Part shown: positions 24,081 through 33,075 of the stretch, in pieces
How positions within the stretch are numbered: the stretch's first letter is position 1
How the letters are laid out: each line of letters begins with the position of its first letter
From: a virus
Lineage: Duplodnaviria; Caudoviricetes
DNA length: 40,114 nucleotides
IMG/VR virus record: IMGVR_UViG_3300017645_000008
Span: 1-40,114 of that record
Strand: one strand, 5' to 3'
Program-made: the position numbers and the translations under genes
The notes under the pieces: generated by a model
The model's database searches: none
Seen by the model: only the letters and a program-made list of their open reading frames with translations
Told to the model about the DNA's origin: nothing

Positions 24081-24112
24081 GGGGCGGGCTTTTGGCTCGC
24101 CCCGATTTTCTT
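24081..24112 (+). terminator. Intrinsic terminator after capsid gene
   Basis: GGGGCGGGC-TTTTG-GCTCGCCCC then GATTTTCTT. Confidence 0.65.
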
Positions 24113-24436
24113 ATGGCCGAACGCTTGCTTGACCATGATCCACTGACCGGGATGAAAACATGGTTCTCGTCCGATGATGAGAACGGTGGGACATGGCGCA
24201 TCCGCTACGAACAGGATTGCACCGATCTGCTCGATGCCAACAAGGCCGCGCAGGCCGAATCCATGGATCGCCGTTCCGAGTTCTGGCACGCGGCGCGCGT
24301 CCCCGCCGTGGTGCAGATGGAATGGCTGGTCAAGCACGGCGTTCGTGCGTGGGACAAGGATCATGCCGAGGGCGTCAAGCGCCTGCTGAACGATCCTGAA
24401 TACCGATATCTGCGCGTCAATCACTTCATCATGTGA
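24113..24436 (+). CDS. Conserved phage protein downstream of MCP
   Basis: EQDCTDLLDANK..AARVPAVV..KRLLNDPEYRYLR. Confidence 0.75.
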   Translation: MAERLLDHDPLTGMKTWFSSDDENGGTWRIRYEQDCTDLLDANKAAQAESMDRRSEFWHAARVPAVVQMEWLVKHGVRAWDKDHAEGVKRLLNDPEYRYLRVNHFIM

Positions 24437-24443
24437 GGCCATT

Positions 24444-24794
24444 ATGACGACCGACGTTTCCGAGATCATGTCTTCCTATGGCGGCCGCCGCCCCGACGAG
24501 TCGAACGAGGATATCGTTGCCACGATGGGCGGTCGCAAACGGCGCTTGGGTGACGTTTCGCCTGTTGAGATGACGGGCGAGGCCGATGCCGCTTTCTCCG
24601 AGGCACTATCCGGCTTCCTGCCGGACTCCACGCTGACGGCCGACGATCCCGATGAGGTGTTCACCCTCGACGGAAGCAACAACATCGTCGCTACCGCGCC
24701 AGAGTCGGGGACATATAGCGTGACCGTGACCGAAACGAACCCGAACGCGGCCAATTCGCCGCACAATACGGTCGTCGCGATCACGATCAGCTAA
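24444..24794 (+). CDS. Putative virion decoration protein with Ig-like C-terminus
   Basis: SGTYSVTVTET..VVAITIS beta-rich segment. Confidence 0.55.
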   Translation: MTTDVSEIMSSYGGRRPDESNEDIVATMGGRKRRLGDVSPVEMTGEADAAFSEALSGFLPDSTLTADDPDEVFTLDGSNNIVATAPESGTYSVTVTETNPNAANSPHNTVVAITIS

Positions 24795-24804
24795 GGAGGC
24801 GGCG

Positions 24805-25086
24805 ATGGCGCTGGAAATCAGCTACTGGTCGGGGATCGATCCGATCACGCGACAGGTCTATGGTACGTTCATCGCGGCGGAATCGCGCTCACTGTCCGGC
24901 ACCTCGGCGCAGTCGGGCACGACTCCGGACAATGCGGGCATCGTTCGCGTCCACGCCACAGAGGCGGCGCGCATGGCCTACAGCGCTGATCCGACCGCCG
25001 CAGCGGGGAGTCTGTACCTCGGCGAAGGCGGCGTAATTGAGTTCGCTGCGGTTCCGGGTCACAAGATCGCGGGAATCACCGCCTGA
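24805..25086 (+). CDS. Putative structural protein (93 aa)
   Basis: AAGGAGG RBS; VRVHAT..DPTA..PGHKIA. Confidence 0.65.
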   Translation: MALEISYWSGIDPITRQVYGTFIAAESRSLSGTSAQSGTTPDNAGIVRVHATEAARMAYSADPTAAAGSLYLGEGGVIEFAAVPGHKIAGITA

Positions 25087-25742
25087 TGGCGCTCGTCCTC
25101 GACATACCGCCATCGACCAATCTCGGCAGTTGGAGCGGGCTGCGCGAGGCCGTCGCCGCGTGGCTTGATCGCGACGACCTCAACGATCGCATCCCGGATT
25201 TCATACGGCTGGCAGAGGCACGGTTCCGGCGGGAAATCGTGCGCACCGAGCAGGAGACGATCGTGTCGCTGCCTGGGACATTGCCAAGCGATTTCGACAG
25301 CGCGCGCGCCGTATATCTGACCGACGCCCCGACCATCGCGTTAACGCAGATTTCGCCGGCGGAACTGCGCGGACGTTACAGCGGCCCCGGCACTGGTCCC
25401 CCTCAGGTTTACGCGATATCCGCTGGCCAGATCATTGTTGGTCCGCCGCCGAACGCCGCCTACGCGGCGACGCTGCTGTACAATCGCAAGATTCCGGCGC
25501 TCGGGAGTTCGGTTCAGACGAATTGGCTCCTCGACGACCATCCCGATCTGTATCTGTTCGGAACGCTGCTTCATGCCGAGTTCTTTGGCTGGAACGACGA
25601 TCGTCTGCCGCTCATCAAGTCCGCTGTCGACGAGGCTATTATCGAGATCAACGATGCGGGCAATCGCAGGCGCTATGGCGGCGGCCCGATCGCGGCCCGT
25701 TCGCCTGTCTGTGAAGGTGTGCGCGGCGCATATCGGCGATGA
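25086..25742 (+). CDS. Head-tail adaptor protein
   Basis: AVAAWLDRDDLNDRIPDFIRLAEARF, TNWLLDDHPDLYLFGTL. Confidence 0.8.
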   Translation: MALVLDIPPSTNLGSWSGLREAVAAWLDRDDLNDRIPDFIRLAEARFRREIVRTEQETIVSLPGTLPSDFDSARAVYLTDAPTIALTQISPAELRGRYSGPGTGPPQVYAISAGQIIVGPPPNAAYAATLLYNRKIPALGSSVQTNWLLDDHPDLYLFGTLLHAEFFGWNDDRLPLIKSAVDEAIIEINDAGNRRRYGGGPIAARSPVCEGVRGAYRR

Positions 25743-27163
25743 ACCCCAAGGCCATCTTCGGCGCTTACGAGCCGGACAAGCCGCCGCACATGCATGACGG
25801 GCTGTCCGACCTGGGGAACGTCTATCCCAGCGCCAACGGTTATCGCCCGGTGGGGCAGTTCAAGTCGATGACGCCCGAACTGCCCGCCGACTTCACGGGC
25901 GGTGCGGCGTTCGTGTCCTCGGACGGCACGTCATCGTTGATCGCGGGCACGGCAACCGCGCTCTATCGGTACTCCGGCGGCGAATGGACGGAACTCGTAT
26001 CCGACCTCAGCGGCACGGCTCCTTGGGCCTTCACCCAGTTCGGCGATATCGCGGTGGCAGTGAATGGCGGTGTCACACAATCGGTCGATCTGCTCGCGGG
26101 CACGGCCGCGCCCTTGGCGGGCGATCCTCCGCCTGCGTCGAGCGTGACGACGGTGCGCGATTTCGTCGTCTATGGACAGGCGGATGGAGACCAGGCGATG
26201 GTACAATGGTCTGGCTTCAACGACGCGAGCAAGAACACGCCCGGCGAGGATCAGGCAGGCTTTCAGCCGATGCTCGATGGCGGCGCTGTCATGGGTGTCG
26301 TCGGCGGCGAATATGGCATCATCGTCCAGCGTCGGCGTATCGTCCGGATGACCTATACGGGCGATGCCGACGCGCCGTTCCAGTTCGACACGATCAGCGA
26401 TGAGATCGGCGCTATAGCGCGCGGATCGATCGCAAAAAGCGGGCGGCGCATCTTCTTCCTGTCAGACAAGGGCTTTATGGTCTGCGACGGCAATGAAGTG
26501 ACGCCGATCGGATTGGAACGGGTGGACTCGACATTCTTTGCCGCGCATCCGCGTTCAACGCTCAATCAAATGAGCAGCGCAATCGATCCGCGTCGCCATA
26601 TCGTCGCGTGGCTGATGCCGGGCAGTCCGGGGTGGATGTGGATTTACAATTGGGGCATTGATCGCTGGTCGCGGATCGATATTGCGGCAAAGGGTGTCTT
26701 CTCGGGCTTCACTGCCAACATCACGCTGGAGCAGCTTGACGATCTGTATCCCGATGGCCTGGAATCGATTCCCTATTCTCTGGACGATGATCGCTTCGCC
26801 GGTGGCGATCCTCTGTTCCTGCTCGTCTCACCCGATGACACGATCGGCACGCTTTCAGGCGGCAATATGGCGGCGTGGTTCGTCACGCCGTTCATTGAGA
26901 TTGCCGACCGCCGCCGCACTCGCATGCGAGCCGTTATCCCGCTTGGTGACATGACGCGCGGCGTGTCGGTGACACTCGATTCGCGCCAGCGTCTTGGCGA
27001 CAAAGAAGGGCGTCGCACACGCTCGACCTTGCAGCCATCCGGCATGATGCCAGTCCGCACCAATGGCCTCTACATCGCAACCCGCCTCGACCTCGATGCC
27101 GATGCGCCATGGACCTATGCGCAGGGCCTGGAGTTCGTGCCCGCGCTTGGAGGCGTGCGCTGA
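25739..27163 (+). CDS. Tail nozzle / DNA stabilization protein (P22 gp10-like)
   Basis: Beta-propeller-like composition, FTQFGD, VQWSG, IFFLSDKGF; gene order. Confidence 0.7.
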   Translation: MNPKAIFGAYEPDKPPHMHDGLSDLGNVYPSANGYRPVGQFKSMTPELPADFTGGAAFVSSDGTSSLIAGTATALYRYSGGEWTELVSDLSGTAPWAFTQFGDIAVAVNGGVTQSVDLLAGTAAPLAGDPPPASSVTTVRDFVVYGQADGDQAMVQWSGFNDASKNTPGEDQAGFQPMLDGGAVMGVVGGEYGIIVQRRRIVRMTYTGDADAPFQFDTISDEIGAIARGSIAKSGRRIFFLSDKGFMVCDGNEVTPIGLERVDSTFFAAHPRSTLNQMSSAIDPRRHIVAWLMPGSPGWMWIYNWGIDRWSRIDIAAKGVFSGFTANITLEQLDDLYPDGLESIPYSLDDDRFAGGDPLFLLVSPDDTIGTLSGGNMAAWFVTPFIEIADRRRTRMRAVIPLGDMTRGVSVTLDSRQRLGDKEGRRTRSTLQPSGMMPVRTNGLYIATRLDLDADAPWTYAQGLEFVPALGGVR

Positions 27164-27495
27164 TGCTGCGCGTTCCGCCGACAGCATCGAACATGGTCGA
27201 ATGGGTGCGGCTTGCCGCCAATGCGATCAACGGGCTGATCGGCCGGGGTGACAGCGCGGCGGCTGATGCGGCGCAGATGCAGGCGGCCATCGACGCGTTG
27301 GACGGGCGGGCGGATAGTCTGGAAGGCCGCACCGACGCGCTGGAAACATTCGCGGCGGCGCCATTCACCGTGCCCAGCGTCGTGCTGGCAGCGGGACCAT
27401 TGCCCGCCGCGCCCGCGAAGGGCGAGACCGTTTACGACGAAGCCGACGATACCGTGAAGACGTGGGATGGCTCGACTTGGAGATCCTTATATTGA
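27163..27495 (+). CDS. Putative tail needle (P22 gp26-like)
   Basis: Short coiled coil IDALDGRADSLEGRTDALE, ends YDEADDTVKTWDGSTW. Confidence 0.55.
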   Translation: MLRVPPTASNMVEWVRLAANAINGLIGRGDSAAADAAQMQAAIDALDGRADSLEGRTDALETFAAAPFTVPSVVLAAGPLPAAPAKGETVYDEADDTVKTWDGSTWRSLY

Positions 27496-27527
27496 CAGCT
27501 TAATGCGTATGACATTACAGTTATCAT
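27492..27527 (+). promoter_or_regulatory. Sigma70-like promoter predicting a leaderless HNH transcript
   Basis: TTGACA-N18-TACAGT, ATG 7 nt downstream; TATGA..TCATA inverted repeat around the -10. Confidence 0.55.
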
Positions 27528-28214
27528 ATGATAGGTGAAGAGAATTGGAGAGACGCCCCAGGGTGGGAGGGATTCTTTGAGGTGAGTTCATTAGGACGTG
27601 TTAGGAGCGTGGATAGACTGCTATCCTGTAGAGATGGGATAAGGCGTCGATTCAGATCGGTGTTGCGATCTCAGAGATCGGATCGGCGAGGTTACAAATA
27701 TATCACGCTCAAGGCGCTAGAAAAGCATAAGAGCGTCGCGGTTCATAGGCTTGTGTGTGAGGCATTCCATGGTCGGCCAGTGCCACCCCGTATAATGGTG
27801 GCGCATAACGATGGCCGCCCTTCGAACAACGAGGCATCCAACTTGCGATGGGCTACAGCGCAGGAGAATGCTGCGGACATGGTGCGACATGGGACAGTCG
27901 TGACGCGTGATAGCCCCGGAAAAGCGGTTATGAACAGTGCCGATCTGGAGAGATTTCTTGAGCGGTTGACTGGCAATGAAAGGCAATCCGATGTTGCGCG
28001 TCTTGCTGGGGTTGGCATCCGTACGGCGGCACGTATTCTGCGAATAAAGCGCGATACCATCGGCGCGCCTGTTCAGGCTCGCGCGAAACTGTCTGCAAAT
28101 GATATAGCCCAAGCTCGTGAGATGGCTCGGTCGGGAGCCATGAATCCAGAGATCGCCCGGCGCTTCGGTGTTGACACATCGACCATTTGGCGGGCGCTTA
28201 CTCGGCAGGGTTAG
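27528..28214 (+). CDS. NUMOD4-HNH homing endonuclease with C-terminal HTH
   Basis: ENWRDAPGWEGFFEVSSLGRVRS, VHRLVCEAFHG, HNDGRPSNNEASNLRWAT..EN, IARRFGVDTSTIWR; lower GC. Confidence 0.92.
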   Translation: MIGEENWRDAPGWEGFFEVSSLGRVRSVDRLLSCRDGIRRRFRSVLRSQRSDRRGYKYITLKALEKHKSVAVHRLVCEAFHGRPVPPRIMVAHNDGRPSNNEASNLRWATAQENAADMVRHGTVVTRDSPGKAVMNSADLERFLERLTGNERQSDVARLAGVGIRTAARILRIKRDTIGAPVQARAKLSANDIAQAREMARSGAMNPEIARRFGVDTSTIWRALTRQG

Positions 28215-28220
28215 TCTCTC

Positions 28221-28250
28221 AGGGCGGCTCCCACGGGGCGTCCTTCTTTC
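28221..28250 (+). terminator. Intrinsic terminator after HNH gene
   Basis: AGGGC-G-GCTCC-cac-GGGGC-GTCCT then TCTTTC. Confidence 0.55.
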
Positions 28251-28251
28251 C

Positions 28252-28346
28252 TTGGCACCGCCCGCCCTTCCTGCTATAAATCCGCTCACGCGCCCAGCTC
28301 ATCGAGCAGCCGTCTCTCTCCTCCGCAGATCGAGACATATGGCGCG
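28252..28346 (+). promoter_or_regulatory. Internal promoter plus structured leader, copy A
   Basis: TTGGCA-N17-TATAAA with extended TG, then CACGCGCCCA-hairpin-AGCC-hairpin. Confidence 0.7.
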
Positions 28347-28782
28347 CCACGATACTCTCACTTCTGATCTGGAAATCGGCATGGTAGCCGCCCCGCTCAA
28401 CTGGCCCCGCTGGCCCGAGGCGAAAGCGATGCTTCATCCTGCCCTGATGGCCGGCGATGAGGACTGGCCCGAGATCGAGCGCGATCTTGCTGTGAATGAC
28501 AAGCAGCTTTGGGCTGTGCTGGCGAAAGGAGGTGATCCCGATCTGCTCGCGGCGGCGGTGACAAGGGTTGCCGCCACGCGAACCGGCCGCATCGCAGAGG
28601 TCTATCTTGTCGGCGGCCATGGATTCCGGCGCTGGATCAAACCGCTCAACGACACCATCGAGATGTCTGCGCGCGATATCGGCTGCGTTGCAATGCGCGC
28701 TTACGGCCGCTTCGGCTGGCGCGACGTGCTGGGGGCATTCGGGTGGAAGCCGTCCTTTGTCGGCTATGAGAAGGTGTTGTAA
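28339..28782 (+). CDS. Conserved phage protein, GNAT-like fold likely
   Basis: KQLW..AAAVTRV..YLVGG..GC..AYGRFGW; precedes ejection genes. Confidence 0.7.
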   Translation: MARHDTLTSDLEIGMVAAPLNWPRWPEAKAMLHPALMAGDEDWPEIERDLAVNDKQLWAVLAKGGDPDLLAAAVTRVAATRTGRIAEVYLVGGHGFRRWIKPLNDTIEMSARDIGCVAMRAYGRFGWRDVLGAFGWKPSFVGYEKVL

Positions 28783-29453
28783 TGGCAAAAAAAACATCAA
28801 AGACGACGAACGATCCGAGTAAGTTCGCGAAACCCTATATTTCTTCTGCCGCCAACGCGGTGCAGGATACTTACAATCAGAACGCCGGCACGGTGCAGGA
28901 CATCGCGCAATCGGTGCAGTCGCAATTGCCGGGCCTCGCCTCGAAAGCCTTCGGTGACAATCCGCTGGTGACGGCGGCGCAGGGGTATTCCAGCGATGTG
29001 CTTGGCGGGAAGTATCTGACCGGCAATCCTTACCTCGATCAGCAGATCGCGAACACGAACGCCGACGTTGCCAATTCCGTAAATGCCGCCATCGGCTCAC
29101 GCGGCCTCGCGGGAGGAAGTGCGCAGGCACAGATTCTCGCGCGCGAACTGGCAAAGAACGAAACCGCGCTTCGCTATAGCGATTACAATTCCGAACGCGA
29201 TCGCATGGGGCAAGCGGCGTCCAGCGCGCCGGCTCTCGCTTCGGCTGAATATGCGGGCGTCGCGCCCTATCTGGCGGCGGCGGCGGCGGCGGCGGAACTG
29301 CCCTTCACCGCGTCGAATAATCTCGCGTCGGGTATCGGTGGCCTGCTTGGACAATATCAGACGCAGACGAAAAAGAACTCGCTCTTCGATAACGCGCTCA
29401 ACCTGATTTCGGCCGGGTCGAGCGCGTACAAGTCCTTCGCGGGAGGTGCGTGA
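28782..29453 (+). CDS. DNA ejection (pilot) protein 1
   Basis: TSKTTNDP..AKPY, GKYLTGNPYLDQ; A/G/S/Q-rich. Confidence 0.7.
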   Translation: MAKKTSKTTNDPSKFAKPYISSAANAVQDTYNQNAGTVQDIAQSVQSQLPGLASKAFGDNPLVTAAQGYSSDVLGGKYLTGNPYLDQQIANTNADVANSVNAAIGSRGLAGGSAQAQILARELAKNETALRYSDYNSERDRMGQAASSAPALASAEYAGVAPYLAAAAAAAELPFTASNNLASGIGGLLGQYQTQTKKNSLFDNALNLISAGSSAYKSFAGGA

Positions 29454-30196
29454 TGGCGATGTTCGGTGGACGCCCGATGCCGGCACCCAGCGCGCAGGAT
29501 ATTGCGGATTTCAACACAGTGCTGCGTCGCGCGGGGATGCAGCCGGATGGCGCGATCTTCAACGACAACCCATCGTATTCGCAGCCGCAAGCGCCTGCCA
29601 TGCCATCTCCGGCACCGGCGATGCCAGGCGGCATGTTCGCCAATCGCGCTCCCGCTTCGATTGCGCCAACATCGCTGCCGGCGCTGGATACGGGCGTTGG
29701 GGATGTGCACCTCAAGGCTTTCGATCGTGGCGGCACCGGCGATCGCATTGCGCGTGGCCTCGGCGATTTCGCGAACACACTTCTCGCGTTGCGTGGCAAT
29801 CAGGGCGCGCAAGGACTACTTGATCAGCAGGCGCGGGAGGAACAGGCCGCACGCGCGCAGCAGGAATGGGCGCGGCGGTTTCAGATGGAGCAACTGGCGA
29901 AGCTAGCCAATCCCGCACCATCCGCCACGCAGCGAACCTATGATTGGCTGAAATCCATGGGTCGCGACAAGGAGGCGGAAGCTTATCTGCAAAGTGCGGC
30001 GAATCCGTTGGCGGCGGTGCAGGTGACGGACCCGAGCACGGGGGCGGTGGGGCTGCAATTCTATCCGAAGGGTGGGCTGCCGGGTGGAGCGGCGAGCGCG
30101 ACGAAGCCCGCCCCGGCGCCCGGCGCGATCGAGGATGGCTACCGCTTCCTCGGTGGCGATCCGTCACAGGAATCCAGTTGGCAGAAGGTGCAGTGA
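29453..30196 (+). CDS. DNA ejection protein 2
   Basis: Low-complexity; ends DGYRFLGGDPSQESSWQKV. Confidence 0.6.
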   Translation: MAMFGGRPMPAPSAQDIADFNTVLRRAGMQPDGAIFNDNPSYSQPQAPAMPSPAPAMPGGMFANRAPASIAPTSLPALDTGVGDVHLKAFDRGGTGDRIARGLGDFANTLLALRGNQGAQGLLDQQAREEQAARAQQEWARRFQMEQLAKLANPAPSATQRTYDWLKSMGRDKEAEAYLQSAANPLAAVQVTDPSTGAVGLQFYPKGGLPGGAASATKPAPAPGAIEDGYRFLGGDPSQESSWQKVQ

Positions 30197-32679
30197 TGGC
30201 GGGGCCGTGGGAAAAATATGGGTCGTCGGCTAGTCAGAATCCGGCTGGCGGCTACGTGCCGCTGTCACCGGCGGACCCTACGACACCGCTTAAGGTCGAG
30301 CAGCTACGCGGCCAAATCAGTAGCCAGGGAATCAGCAGGGCGAAGACGGCCGCCGAACTCAACCAGTTGAATGCGACTGCGCCCTATGATGCGCGGAAGG
30401 CGGCGGCGGATGCGCGGAAGGCGGAAGCCGAAGCCGTTGCCGCGCAGGCGAAGGTTGAGCAGTCGTCTCCTGAACAGCGCTCGCTCCAGGCCGCGCTTGC
30501 CAATGATGAAATCCTGGATGCCATCGCGGCGGCGAGAAACGATTCCTATGTCGGCGGCAGCGCCGGCCGGTGGGCGTCTCTACCCGCATTTTTCCAGCCG
30601 CAGAGCGCCATCAACCTGGCAGGCGCTCTGAACACCATCACGTCCCGCCTCACGCTGGACAAGTTGATGGAGTTGAAAGCGGCGTCGTCTCAGGGCGCGT
30701 CTGGGCTTGGCGCTCTTTCCGAAAAAGAGGGGGCGCTGCTGCGCGATAGCGTAGCGGCTCTCGGCCAAACGCAAGACCCCGCGCGCCTGCGGGACAATCT
30801 CGCCAAGGTGGAGCGTCACTATCGCCGAATGATGGCGCTCGCGAACGGCGAAGACTTCCGAAAGCCGGAAATCGCTGAACGATATGGCATCGTTAGCGAG
30901 GATGACCTGAGGAAGCGCGACGATCGCGACGCGCTGGGTTTCGCGAATGGAGGAAACCGCACCGAGCCTGATCCGGCGCTACGCGGCGTCAATGCGCACG
31001 TGCGCGGCATGATCGGGCAGGGGCGGCCTGCGAAGGAGATCGCGGGCTACCTGAATGCGGTTCAGCCCGGTCTTGGCGACAAAATGGCGGGCGATCTGGA
31101 TCGCGCCGTGGCTTTCCGGGCGCAGCATCCCGATGTGCCGTTGTCGCGCTATCCAGTGTCTCTTGAAAATCGCTCGGTGCCGATGAGTAGCACACGGCAG
31201 TTGGTGAATAAGGCTGCACAGGGGCCGATGGGCGCCTATGCGATGAACGCGGGTGATGCGGTCACACTCGGCACGCTCGACAATCTGATGGGCAATCCAA
31301 CCCTCGCCCGCGCCGGTATGGACACGATCCGTCGCGACAATCCGGTGTCGTCACTGCTCGGCACGCTGTCGGGTGGCGCGTTGGGCGTCGCCGGCATCGA
31401 GTCGGGCCTTGCGGGGGCGGGTATCCGGGCCGGGGTTGGCGCGCTCGCGCCACGCGCCTTGACGGCCGACGCGCTCTACGGCGCGGGTTATGGCGCAGGC
31501 TCCGCCGACGAGGGGAGCCGAGGCCTCGGAGCGCTGTCGGGTGCGCTCGTTGGCGCGGCGGGGGGAACCTTGGGCCGCAAGGCGGCGTCGGCGCTTGGAG
31601 GGGCCTTCACGGGCATTCGCGATCCTGACGTGCAATTCCTGCGCGAGCGCAACGTTCCACTCACGGTGGGGCAGATGGTCGGCGGCGCGGCCAAGGCACG
31701 CGAGGACCGGCTTGCGGGATTCGGCGGCATCGGCGACCGGATCGGCGCGCGGCGGCTGGAAGGGATGCAAGGATTCAACCGCGCAGCGTTCGACGAAGGG
31801 CTGGCGCCTGTCGGCGCGCGGGTCGGCAATGTGGGCGAACTCGGCACCGAACAGGCGCAGGGCGCTGTGTCCGATGCCTATCGCCGCGCGTTGTCTGGCC
31901 CGGATTTCATTCCCGACCAGCCGTTCGTCAATCAATATGGCTCCGCCGTGCGATCCGGTTCCGCGATTCCGGGGCTTGGAAACAAGGTTCGCTACACGAT
32001 GGTGGATGAGGCGGGTGATCTCATCAATGGGCCGGCGATCTCGGGCGAAGCATTCCAGGACCTTGATCGCCTGCTCGCCAATCGGGCGGCTGGGTTCCGC
32101 AAGCAATATTCGTCGGGGCAGGAGGTGCTAGGCGATAAGGCAGAGGACGCCTTGCGAGCCGGATCGGACGCCCTGTCTGGCCTTGTCGAGCGTCAGCGCC
32201 CCTCAGCGCTGGCCGGCTATCAGGCCGCGAAGCGCGCTTATGGCAACACGCAAATCCTGAACGATGCGGTGATCGCAGCGCGCAATACCGGTGGACTGTT
32301 CACCCCGGCGCAGCTCGGCAATTCGGTGATCGCGAACACCAAGCGGTTTGGCGGCAAGGCAAAAGCCGCATCAACTGATCGCCCGTTCTTTGATCTCCAA
32401 CGTGCGGGCCAGAATGTGTTGCCGTCGAAGATCCCCGACAGCGGAACGGCTGGCCGGATCGAGGAAGGCGGGGGCCTTTACGCAGCGCTGCGGCGAATGA
32501 CGCGCAATACACTGGCGGCTCCGCTCTATGCGGAAAGCACGCAGCCGGTGCTGGCGGCGGCATTGCTCGACCGGCCCGATATTGCCGTCAATCTCGGAGG
32601 GCAAATCAGGCGGCTGGCGCGCCCGGCTGGCATGTTCGCGAACCCGCTCGCGCTCAGCTATTACGGGAGCGGCAACTGA
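30196..32679 (+). CDS. DNA ejection protein 3 (827 aa)
   Basis: MAGPWEKY start, GASGLGALSEKE, Gly/Ala-rich hydrophobic middle, PDSGTAGR. Confidence 0.7.
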   Translation: MAGPWEKYGSSASQNPAGGYVPLSPADPTTPLKVEQLRGQISSQGISRAKTAAELNQLNATAPYDARKAAADARKAEAEAVAAQAKVEQSSPEQRSLQAALANDEILDAIAAARNDSYVGGSAGRWASLPAFFQPQSAINLAGALNTITSRLTLDKLMELKAASSQGASGLGALSEKEGALLRDSVAALGQTQDPARLRDNLAKVERHYRRMMALANGEDFRKPEIAERYGIVSEDDLRKRDDRDALGFANGGNRTEPDPALRGVNAHVRGMIGQGRPAKEIAGYLNAVQPGLGDKMAGDLDRAVAFRAQHPDVPLSRYPVSLENRSVPMSSTRQLVNKAAQGPMGAYAMNAGDAVTLGTLDNLMGNPTLARAGMDTIRRDNPVSSLLGTLSGGALGVAGIESGLAGAGIRAGVGALAPRALTADALYGAGYGAGSADEGSRGLGALSGALVGAAGGTLGRKAASALGGAFTGIRDPDVQFLRERNVPLTVGQMVGGAAKAREDRLAGFGGIGDRIGARRLEGMQGFNRAAFDEGLAPVGARVGNVGELGTEQAQGAVSDAYRRALSGPDFIPDQPFVNQYGSAVRSGSAIPGLGNKVRYTMVDEAGDLINGPAISGEAFQDLDRLLANRAAGFRKQYSSGQEVLGDKAEDALRAGSDALSGLVERQRPSALAGYQAAKRAYGNTQILNDAVIAARNTGGLFTPAQLGNSVIANTKRFGGKAKAASTDRPFFDLQRAGQNVLPSKIPDSGTAGRIEEGGGLYAALRRMTRNTLAAPLYAESTQPVLAAALLDRPDIAVNLGGQIRRLARPAGMFANPLALSYYGSGN

Positions 32680-32924
32680 ATGCCGAAGCGGCCCCAAAGG
32701 ACAGCGAGCAACACCCCATACACCGGCGGCACGATCAGCGCGCTCCACACCACGATCTCCGCGATCCGCAATCGCGTGTCTGTCCAGAACCCAGCGTTGC
32801 GAATGTGAGCGGGAAGGGCGCGCCGCTTTGGCTTGTAGCGCTCGTAATAGGCTTCGCGCGCCCAACTGCCGATGCCGCCGCCTAGCGCGGCGACGAAGAT
32901 GATCCACAAGCTATTGGACGCCAT
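32661..32924 (-). CDS. Small two-TM membrane protein, superinfection exclusion candidate
   Basis: LWIIFVAALGGGIGSW and IVVWSALIVPPVYGVLLAVLW; minus-strand TTGCCG-N17-TATGGG just upstream. Confidence 0.65.
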   Translation of the reverse strand: MASNSLWIIFVAALGGGIGSWAREAYYERYKPKRRALPAHIRNAGFWTDTRLRIAEIVVWSALIVPPVYGVLLAVLWGRFGIQLPLP

Positions 32925-32978
32925 CCCCGCCCCATAGCCGAAACGAGTGGGCGCGGCAATTCGGGGCCGCCCTTTCGC

Positions 32979-33075
32979 TTGGCGCGCGCCGCACCCTCTG
33001 TTATAACCCAGGCACGCGCCCAGCCGGCACCGCCGCGCAGCCGTTTTCCCGAATCCCGCGAAAACAGGCAGGCGC
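32979..33075 (+). promoter_or_regulatory. Internal promoter plus structured leader, copy B
   Basis: TTGGCG-N17-TATAAC with extended TG, then CACGCGCCCA-hairpin-AGCC-hairpin. Confidence 0.7.
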
